From positions 1 to 62,267 of the forward strand of contig JAZDPX010000042.1 of NCBI GenBank assembly GCA_043797125.1: a DNA stretch of 62,267 nucleotides, given 5' to 3'. A program made the position numbers and the translations under genes. This document shows positions 43,728 through 50,923 of the stretch, in pieces; positions within the stretch are counted from its first letter, which is position 1; each line of letters begins with the position of its first letter. Below the pieces are notes generated by a model. It was given only the letters and a program-made list of their open reading frames with translations. It did not search any database and had not been told where the DNA came from. This DNA is from Candidatus Omnitrophota bacterium (GTDB lineage Bacteria; Omnitrophota; Gorgyraeia; JABMRG01; JAFGKX01).

Positions 43728-46163
43728 ATGAACCTGAAAAAATACGGACATTTTTCAAAAGACTCAAAAGAATTCATAATCACCAATCCTCAAACGCCAA
43801 GGCCCTGGATTAATTATCTTACAAACGAAGAATACTGCGCGATAATATCCCATAACGCCGGGGGCTACAGTTTTTATAAGGATTGCCGCACGGATAGGAT
43901 TTTGCGCTGGTCCCCAGACGCCTGGCATTTTGACAGGCCCGGCCGCTATATCTATATGCGCGATACAAAAACCAATAAATGCTGGAGCGCATCATACCAG
44001 CCGCTAAGAGTAAAACCGCAATTTTACGAGGCAAGGCACGGGCTGGGATATACAATTACGAATACGACTTACTTCGGGATAAATACGCAAATAACATTTT
44101 TCGTGCCAACCCAGGATACCTGCGAAGTCTGGCTTGTCAAGGTTGCAAATAAAACCAACAGCATAAGACATCTCGAACTTTTCCCCTACGCAGAGTGGCT
44201 TCTTGGCGAATACCACCAGGAGCTGCGCTACCGCAACATAATGAATCTGTATAACAGGATATGGTATGATAAATCCCACAAGGCGATACTCGCTAAAAAG
44301 ACAGCCTTTTGGGGCGACATGAACATAAAACCGTATTTATACACGGACTTTTTTGCAAGCAGCCTTAATCCTACAGGTTACGCTACCCAGAAGGACGCCT
44401 TCATGGGCAAGAACAACACGGAAGAAAAGCCCGATATGATTTTATCCGGTGAATTTAAAAACATACCCTTAACATCAGGCGAGGACGGGATAGCCTGCCT
44501 GAAACACAATATTACCCTAAAGCCCGGCGAAGAAAAAGAATTTACAATAATATTGGGCCAGGTTCTATCGAAAGGAAACGCGCTTTCAAAGGTGCTCGCA
44601 AAGTACCGCAATGTAAAAGAAGCCAAGAAAGAACTCGCGGCTGTAAAAGCGGTTTGGCAAAAAAGGATAATCGAAAATATCGAAATAGAAACTCCGGATA
44701 AGGATTTCGATAAAATTATAAACATATGGGTGAAATATCAACTTTATATCTGCAATTTCTGGTCGCGCTCACCAAGCTATTATCATGAGGGTTCGGGAGG
44801 CAGAGGCTACAGAGATTCCTGCCAGGACGCGGATAGTATTATGTCCATAAACCCAGAGCACGGGCGAAAAAAGATATTAAAGATAGCGTCTCTGATAAGG
44901 CGCGACGGAACATCAGCCCCGGGCTGGGCAGATACTACAGGCCCGGCTAAACACCGCCCTAACAAAGACCATCAGGTATGGCTTACTGTTACAGTAGCCT
45001 CATACATAAAAGAAACTGGCGATAAAGATATATTGAATGAATATATCCCGTATTTAAAAGATCAGTGGTTGGGCGGGTGGGAAATAGATGTGAAGTATAA
45101 AGGCCCTTCCAAAGCAGACGGAGAAGGCACTTTATTTGAGCATCTTGAGAAGAACTTAAACTTCACCTTTGACGATGTGGGCGAGCACGGGCTTCCTTTA
45201 ATAGGCCACGCAGACTGGAATGACGCGATAGACGCGGCAGGCATAAAATTAAAAGGCGAAAGCGTGTGGCTTGCACAGGCTTTGGTAAGGAGTTTGAAAA
45301 TTTTAGCGGAGCTCGCACAAATTACAGGTGAAAATAAAAAGGCAGAGGAATATTTGCACAAGGCCCAGGCAATGACAGAGAGAATTAACAACGCCTGCTG
45401 GGACGGAGACTGGTATATAAGGGGTTTTACCGATAGCGGGACAGTCTACGGCTCAAAAAAGAATGATGAAGGAAAAATTTTTGTTAATACCCAGGCGTGG
45501 GCTATACTTTCGCAAGTTGCGGACAAAAAGAGGCAGGAAAAAATATTAAAATCCGTCGATAAATTGCTAAACGGCCCCCACGGTATAGCGCTTTTTTATC
45601 CTGCATACAGCAAGTGGCATGAAGAGCTTGGAAGAATAAGCATGTTTTCCGAGGGCACAAAGGAAAACGCGGCTGTGTTTTGTCACGCGGCGACATTTCA
45701 GATAGTCGCTGAATGCGTGGCGGGCAGGGGCACAAAGGCATATGAAGAAATGAAAAAGATAATGCCCGATTCCCAGGCTGATTATGACCTCTATAAAACA
45801 GAGCCTTATGTTTACGCGGAATATTTAGTCGGCCCGCAGCATCCGTATCTTTACGGGGAAGGCGCGTTTACCTGGGTTACGGGAAGCGCAGGCTGGCAAT
45901 TTATGGCAGCCACCGAATGGCTTTTAGGCGCGCGCAGAGATTACGAAGGGCTTCGTATTGACCCATGCATCCCTAAGCACTGGAAGAAGGCAAGGATAAA
46001 ACGGCCGTTTCGAAACGCTGTCTATGATATCACCATTCATAATCCGCGCTCAAGAGAAAAAGGCATAAAAAAATTATACATTGACGGCAAGCTTATCCAG
46101 GGCAACCTAATACGCCCGCATTCCGATAAAAAGACCCATAAGGTTGAAGTTCTGCTTGGTTAA
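43728..46163 (+). CDS. GH94 glycoside phosphorylase (cellobiose/chitobiose/laminaribiose phosphorylase family)
   Basis: 'MNLKKYGHFSKDSKEFIITNPQTPRPWINYL' is the typical GH94 N-terminus. Other motifs are 'GRGYRDSCQDA', the catalytic-loop motif 'GHADWNDA', and 'GAFTWVTGSAGW'. The start at 43728 is preferred because AAGGAAA lies upstream. The track start at 43683 would add 15 aa that overlap the palindrome region. Confidence 0.85.
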   Translation: MNLKKYGHFSKDSKEFIITNPQTPRPWINYLTNEEYCAIISHNAGGYSFYKDCRTDRILRWSPDAWHFDRPGRYIYMRDTKTNKCWSASYQPLRVKPQFYEARHGLGYTITNTTYFGINTQITFFVPTQDTCEVWLVKVANKTNSIRHLELFPYAEWLLGEYHQELRYRNIMNLYNRIWYDKSHKAILAKKTAFWGDMNIKPYLYTDFFASSLNPTGYATQKDAFMGKNNTEEKPDMILSGEFKNIPLTSGEDGIACLKHNITLKPGEEKEFTIILGQVLSKGNALSKVLAKYRNVKEAKKELAAVKAVWQKRIIENIEIETPDKDFDKIINIWVKYQLYICNFWSRSPSYYHEGSGGRGYRDSCQDADSIMSINPEHGRKKILKIASLIRRDGTSAPGWADTTGPAKHRPNKDHQVWLTVTVASYIKETGDKDILNEYIPYLKDQWLGGWEIDVKYKGPSKADGEGTLFEHLEKNLNFTFDDVGEHGLPLIGHADWNDAIDAAGIKLKGESVWLAQALVRSLKILAELAQITGENKKAEEYLHKAQAMTERINNACWDGDWYIRGFTDSGTVYGSKKNDEGKIFVNTQAWAILSQVADKKRQEKILKSVDKLLNGPHGIALFYPAYSKWHEELGRISMFSEGTKENAAVFCHAATFQIVAECVAGRGTKAYEEMKKIMPDSQADYDLYKTEPYVYAEYLVGPQHPYLYGEGAFTWVTGSAGWQFMAATEWLLGARRDYEGLRIDPCIPKHWKKARIKRPFRNAVYDITIHNPRSREKGIKKLYIDGKLIQGNLIRPHSDKKTHKVEVLLG

Positions 46164-46171
46164 TCTCAGAC

Positions 46172-46197
46172 GTAGCGCAGGCTTAAGCCTGCGCTAC
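46172..46197. repeat. Perfect 26-nt palindrome, variant c
   Basis: It begins 9 nt after the GH94 stop. Confidence 0.9.
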
Positions 46198-46254
46198 ATT
46201 CTATTATGGAATAATTCTTATCTGTAAGTGTTATAATATTATAGTTACAAATTT

Positions 46255-46332
46255 GTCATTCCCGAATGCCCTTATCGGGAATCCAGATCCCCGCTCCCCG
46301 TTTTCACGGGGACAAGTTTCGCGGGGTATGAC
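46255..46332. other. GC-rich twin-hairpin element in an AT-rich spacer
   Basis: ATTCCCGA/TCGGGAAT forms an 8-bp stem with a 9-nt loop. CCCCGC/GCGGGG (6 bp) encloses TCCCCG/CGGGGA (6 bp, loop TTTTCA). The flanks are GTCAT...ATGAC. Confidence 0.5.
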
Positions 46333-46375
46333 ATAAGAAGCATTAATTAAGACTTTAAAAAATATTAAACAAACC

Positions 46376-46404
46376 TTGACGAAAGACCATTGCTGTGGTA
46401 TACT
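46376..46404 (+). promoter_or_regulatory. Sigma70-like promoter candidate TTGACG-17-(TGg)TATACT
   Basis: It was counted from the sequence. Its context, CCTTGAC(A/G)AAAGA, is shared with the candidate at 57445. It would give a ~230-nt leader before the ATG at 46637. Confidence 0.5.
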
Positions 46405-46502
46405 TATGGTGTAGCAACAGAGAATATCAGTATGCCTTGTAGTATATTATAACACTATATAAGTGGATTATTGTATCCGCTTATTTTCGATATAAATAAA
46501 GT

Positions 46503-46549
46503 CCGCCTTCGTGTATTGGGCTAGGTTCAAAGAAGATAGCCTTCGGCGG
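46503..46549. repeat. Left-arm-only copy of the nested palindromic element at 57318-57414
   Basis: CCGCCTTCGTGTATTGGGCTAGGTTCAAAGAAGATAGCCTTCGGCGG compared with CCGCCTTCGTGTATCGGGTAGTTCATAGTAGATAGCCTACGGCGG shows 4 substitutions and 2 one-nt indels. Confidence 0.7.
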
Positions 46550-46636
46550 ATTCAAAAATCGAGAAAAATGAAAGGAGAAGCGAACATGATACACAGTTTA
46601 ATGAGTAAAAAATCTATAGAAAAGGAGGTGAAAAAC

Positions 46637-47434
46637 ATGAAAAAGCTAATTGTTATTTTGACAGTAGCAGCTATGTTGGCTTCAATGCCGGCACCAGCGT
46701 TTGCTGCGTTTACGCAAGACGGCGTAAAGGTATTGACCACAGCAACAGTTACGGTTGGCGGAACCGGAGGCCCGGTTCAAGGTTTTTCTGCGACTCTAAA
46801 AAACATAACAGGTAACGGCGCGGCAACCGAAGTTGCGTGGGACCCTGTTACAGCAGGCTCAACGCAGTGGCTTAAGGCGAAACAGTACGTTGAAATATTG
46901 GGTTATCAAACATTTAATGTTTGGGGCATTCAGGCATGGTGCGATAATAAAAAAACCGGCGCCAGTTACCAATTCACGGGCAGCGGCGACCCGGCGGGCC
47001 TTGTTAAGTCGGACGGCAAAAAGAGGCTTCCTATGTGCTGGAGGACTTTGGAAAGCAAGGTTACGTACACCGCGAAGGAACTTGACATTAAAGAAATAAA
47101 GCTTACCACAGACGGCACCTGGGTGCTCTCAGACGGCTATACTGAAAATCAGAAATCAGACGGCACAGGATATTATCCGTGGTTCTATCTGATAGACAAG
47201 AATACGGTAAATGATTTTGACGATGACGGAGATACCGAAAAATTCAGCACGTATAACTATATCGAATACACAACATTCGTGGGGCAAAACGGATGGCAGC
47301 ACGCGCCGGAAACATATTCTGACCCGCTGTGGCCGAACCCGTACTATATGTATCTTGGAGCCAAGTTTAACTTTGCGTATCCCAACGAGCAGTATAAGAT
47401 GAACACCTTTACGATAGAGATGTACCACGAATAA
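46637..47434 (+). CDS. Secreted protein of unknown function (surface-protein family, short form)
   Basis: AAAGGAGGTG lies 7 nt upstream of the ATG at 46637. The signal peptide is 'MKKLIVILTVAAMLASMPAPAFA|A'. The track start at 46511 is in frame but has no RBS. The protein is homologous to the N-terminal ~260 aa of the next gene. Confidence 0.75.
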   Translation: MKKLIVILTVAAMLASMPAPAFAAFTQDGVKVLTTATVTVGGTGGPVQGFSATLKNITGNGAATEVAWDPVTAGSTQWLKAKQYVEILGYQTFNVWGIQAWCDNKKTGASYQFTGSGDPAGLVKSDGKKRLPMCWRTLESKVTYTAKELDIKEIKLTTDGTWVLSDGYTENQKSDGTGYYPWFYLIDKNTVNDFDDDGDTEKFSTYNYIEYTTFVGQNGWQHAPETYSDPLWPNPYYMYLGAKFNFAYPNEQYKMNTFTIEMYHE

Positions 47435-47453
47435 TAAATAAAGGTAGGCGAAC

Positions 47454-50084
47454 ATGAAGCCTTTTTGCAGAATAGGTGCAAAATGCTTATTCGCGCATTT
47501 TGCGTGTATGCTATTATTGCTGTATATAGGTAATGCTTATGCGGCTAATAGCTCCGGGGGGAGTGCGTCTTATAATATGATGAACTCCTCCGAAACCGGC
47601 GGTTTTACATTGACTTTAAAAAACATCTCCAACAACCAGAACACAAACGGCAACACTATCACCTGGAGCAATGTAAACGCCGGCCAGACCCAGTGGAAGG
47701 TCGCAAACCAGTATTTTGAAATTACCTATGATGAACTTCCCCCCGAATGGGGTTTGCAGGTTTATACTGACAATGAAAGTGACGGCGCAGACCCCAAATA
47801 CACAGGAAACGGAAATCCGGCAGGCCTTGTAAAAACGGATAATACTAAAACAACCATTCCTCTCGCATGGTTTATAACAGGTTCGGTTATAAGCGGGTTG
47901 CAGAATCCTGTCGAGCGTTCCGACGGCACCGGGTTTGAAGGCTCACTGTGGCATTACGTAATAGACAAAAATACTCCGGATGATCCTGATACCGATGAAA
48001 ACGAAGGCTTTACAAACGGTGAGGATTATATAACCGCCTGGAACCAGGCAGGAATTGCCTGGCACGAAAACGCGAGGTCGAATCCTGTTGACCCCAAAAA
48101 TAAAAATCCCAGGAACAAGGCCTATATGTATTTCGCGTCAAAATTTACATTTGCCCCCGTAGGCGCGACTTATACAACAAACAAACTCACCTTTGAGGCA
48201 TTCACGGGAGTATCGCCGTTTCCGCTTGTAGTTTACTCAGAGGGCGGCTCTGCCGAGGATATGGCATACCAGCATATTCACCAGAAGATGGACGAGTTTT
48301 TTAACGGCGATAAACTGCGCCTTATAGAAAGTTATTCCAATCCCGCAGATTATGGGTACGGCTACGGCGAAAAAGGCGGAATGACGTACACCGAAAATCA
48401 GGAAGCAGACGCGCTTGATGGAATGGCATTTACCTATGACAACGCGCTTTCTATAATCGCGTTTCTTGCAAATCCCAACCAGGGCAATTTAGCCAGGGCA
48501 AAGATATTGTGTAAAAGCCTGATGTGGGCGCAGGATAACATAGGCAATGACGGAAGCTTTAGAAATTCTTACGACGCGAAGCAGGAGTTAAAAGCCGGAT
48601 ACAGCCAGCCAACTTACGACCCGGACTTCCTTATTAAAAACAGCGGCAACAACGCGTGGACAATTATTTCGCTTATGCAGTATTACAGGAATTCCGGCGA
48701 TACAGACAGCACGTTTAAGGCAGGCCTGCTTGATGCGGCAGTCGATGCCGGAGATTTTATTCACAATAATCTTTACGACTCAACAACACAAAAAGGCTAT
48801 TACTACGGTTTTGATCAAAACGGCGCGCTTCAAAAAAATAAATCCACAGAGTGCAACATCGCCATTTATGCGGCATTTGCCCAGCTCTACGGCTTAACCA
48901 ACAACGACGGCAAATGGCTTACGCGCGCAAACATAGCCAAGGCTTTCATAGACACCATGCAGCGGACGCAAAGCAGCAATTCGAAATGGCTCGTATGCGG
49001 CGTTGATACAAACGGTGTCCCTCTTACCAATAATGTGGTTTCGGATTGCAACCTTCTTTATGTGCTTGGTAAAGATATGCTCCAAACGCAGGCAAAATAT
49101 TATCTTAATTATGTAACAGACAGCACCGCGAATAAACTGTGGACAAATTACGTTACGGGTTCCGGTTATAGCGATACCACCAATTTTATAGGCGTTGATT
49201 TCGGCCATTATGGAACAACAGAAGGCGCGGATGGCGTGTGGTTTGAAGGAACAGCCCAGCTTGCGTCGGTATGCGCTTATCTTAATACCACAGGCAACAA
49301 GCAAAAGGCGTCCGAATATTTGGAATCGCTAAAATTAGCCCAATGCAGCTCAAAGTACGCAAACTATAAAGCAATAAACGCCGCTTCCACAGTAATTACA
49401 ACAGGTTTTGGCGGATGGTATTACTATCCGTTTCCGCACGTCGGAGCCAGCGCGTGGTACATCGGCGCGAACAGAAACTATAATGTTTTATGGGGCATTT
49501 CTCTCGACGATCCGGTACCGGCGCCGGGATACAACGGTTCCTATACTTCCGATATTCCGGAATATTTAACAGATTATCTTAAAAACCACTATGCCCCGTC
49601 CGGATGGATGGGGGAGACGGCATTTATGTTCGTAGACCCGAAATGCGCGGATAACCCGGCTTCAGGAGAGACGTGCTATAGGATTCACCTTGCGGCAAAC
49701 TGGTCAGGCATTGTGTGGCAGGAGCCGTTAAATCAATGGTCTGGCGGCTGGGACAGCGAGAATAATTGCTGGATAGGGTATGATTTAAGAACCATAAAAA
49801 AACTAACATTCAAGGCGAAGGCAAGCGAGGATGACTTCTGGATGGAGATATATATGGGATATCCAGGTGATTCTTGCGGGATAATACCGGCCAATGGCGA
49901 CGATACGACATTTATTTTAGACACCGAATGGAAGACCTTTACCATTGATTTAGAGGCAATGGATAATAAAGAAAGCGGGGAGCCTGATATGCTGCATGTT
50001 GCCAACGGTTTTACGGTTAGCTTAGACAGTTATTCAAGCGTAGACGTGTATTTTGATGATATTATTTACATAACGGAGGAATAG
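47454..50084 (+). CDS. Secreted three-part protein: surface-family N-domain + (alpha/alpha)-toroid-like domain + CBM-like C-domain
   Basis: It has a signal peptide ('...LLLLYIGNAYA|A'). The N-domain shares 'GF(S/T)xTLKNI', 'AGxTQW', 'TGxGxPAGLVK', 'SDGTG', 'IDKNT', 'YMYxxxKFxFA' with 46637-47434. The centre, 'AFTYDNALSIIAFL...STECNIAIYAAFAQLYGLT', matches the PilZ protein's C-domain. The tail, 'HYAPSGWMGE...KKLTFKAKA...VYFDDIIYI', matches the CBM-like paralogs. Confidence 0.8.
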   Translation: MKPFCRIGAKCLFAHFACMLLLLYIGNAYAANSSGGSASYNMMNSSETGGFTLTLKNISNNQNTNGNTITWSNVNAGQTQWKVANQYFEITYDELPPEWGLQVYTDNESDGADPKYTGNGNPAGLVKTDNTKTTIPLAWFITGSVISGLQNPVERSDGTGFEGSLWHYVIDKNTPDDPDTDENEGFTNGEDYITAWNQAGIAWHENARSNPVDPKNKNPRNKAYMYFASKFTFAPVGATYTTNKLTFEAFTGVSPFPLVVYSEGGSAEDMAYQHIHQKMDEFFNGDKLRLIESYSNPADYGYGYGEKGGMTYTENQEADALDGMAFTYDNALSIIAFLANPNQGNLARAKILCKSLMWAQDNIGNDGSFRNSYDAKQELKAGYSQPTYDPDFLIKNSGNNAWTIISLMQYYRNSGDTDSTFKAGLLDAAVDAGDFIHNNLYDSTTQKGYYYGFDQNGALQKNKSTECNIAIYAAFAQLYGLTNNDGKWLTRANIAKAFIDTMQRTQSSNSKWLVCGVDTNGVPLTNNVVSDCNLLYVLGKDMLQTQAKYYLNYVTDSTANKLWTNYVTGSGYSDTTNFIGVDFGHYGTTEGADGVWFEGTAQLASVCAYLNTTGNKQKASEYLESLKLAQCSSKYANYKAINAASTVITTGFGGWYYYPFPHVGASAWYIGANRNYNVLWGISLDDPVPAPGYNGSYTSDIPEYLTDYLKNHYAPSGWMGETAFMFVDPKCADNPASGETCYRIHLAANWSGIVWQEPLNQWSGGWDSENNCWIGYDLRTIKKLTFKAKASEDDFWMEIYMGYPGDSCGIIPANGDDTTFILDTEWKTFTIDLEAMDNKESGEPDMLHVANGFTVSLDSYSSVDVYFDDIIYITEE

Positions 50085-50103
50085 ACAGGAGCTGAAGATA
50101 GCT

Positions 50104-50910
50104 ATGAGAAACGCAATAAGCTTAAATATCATAATTTATGCCGCAATAATAATATCTTTTTTAGCTATAGGAAATGCGCATGCGGGATTGGCCATTTCGC
50201 CGGACAGGCACATATTGGAGCTTAGCGCCGGCGAAGAAAAAACAATTGAGTACAAGGTTTTTAATTCAGGCGAAGACGATGTATATATAACGCTTGACCC
50301 TAAATACTGGGCAAGGACAGACGAAGAGAAAAAAATAGACATAAACTCATGGTTGATTCCGAAAGAAGGCAGTTTTAACCTGAAGGCTGGCGGGGAAAAG
50401 ATCCTTGAGATCAAAATTAAGGCTCCGGACAGCATAAACGGCGAGCTTGTGACAATGGTATTTTTCTGCTACAAAGAAGATCCTGATTCCGCGCTGAATA
50501 TAAGAAACGGCTATCCCGTATATCTGACTATAAAAGGAACACAACACTACGGCGCGCAAATATCAAAAGTCGAGCTGGATTACCAAAAAACAGAAAATGA
50601 AAATGAAGGCGCTGATATGCGGCTTGCAATTACCATACAAAATACAGGAAATGTGCATATAAACCCGAATGTAGAAGTGGTAATAAAAGATAAAAATAAC
50701 AACGAGATAAAAAGACTACAGGCAGAGACAGTAAAAAATATATTCAAAAACCGGGGCTATAGGTATGACTTGACTTGGGCAAACGCCGGACTAGAAGAAG
50801 GCGCAATATATACGCTTGAGATAGGGCTTCAGCAGGACGACAAATTGCAAAAATTGACTAAAACAAGCAAATTTAAGCTTCAGGAAGGTAAGATAGTAAT
50901 GCTCGAATAG
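50104..50910 (+). CDS. Secreted two-domain beta-sandwich protein, PapD-like chaperone pattern suspected
   Basis: It has a signal peptide ('...FLAIGNAHA|G'). 'LAISPDRHILELSAGEEKTIEYKVFNSGEDDVYITL' follows the x-I-x-P-x-R-x-x-L...V-x-N-x-G pattern of periplasmic pilus chaperones. A second Ig-like half ('MRLAITIQNTGNVHINP') follows. Confidence 0.35.
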   Translation: MRNAISLNIIIYAAIIISFLAIGNAHAGLAISPDRHILELSAGEEKTIEYKVFNSGEDDVYITLDPKYWARTDEEKKIDINSWLIPKEGSFNLKAGGEKILEIKIKAPDSINGELVTMVFFCYKEDPDSALNIRNGYPVYLTIKGTQHYGAQISKVELDYQKTENENEGADMRLAITIQNTGNVHINPNVEVVIKDKNNNEIKRLQAETVKNIFKNRGYRYDLTWANAGLEEGAIYTLEIGLQQDDKLQKLTKTSKFKLQEGKIVMLE

Positions 50911-50923
50911 GCGGGGAAAAAAG

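Noticed and set aside
46255-46332. The 78-nt structured element as a tRNA or tRNA fragment
   Set aside because: It has no 7-bp acceptor stem, no T-loop (GTTCRA) or D-loop consensus, and its helix arrangement is two hairpins rather than a cloverleaf.
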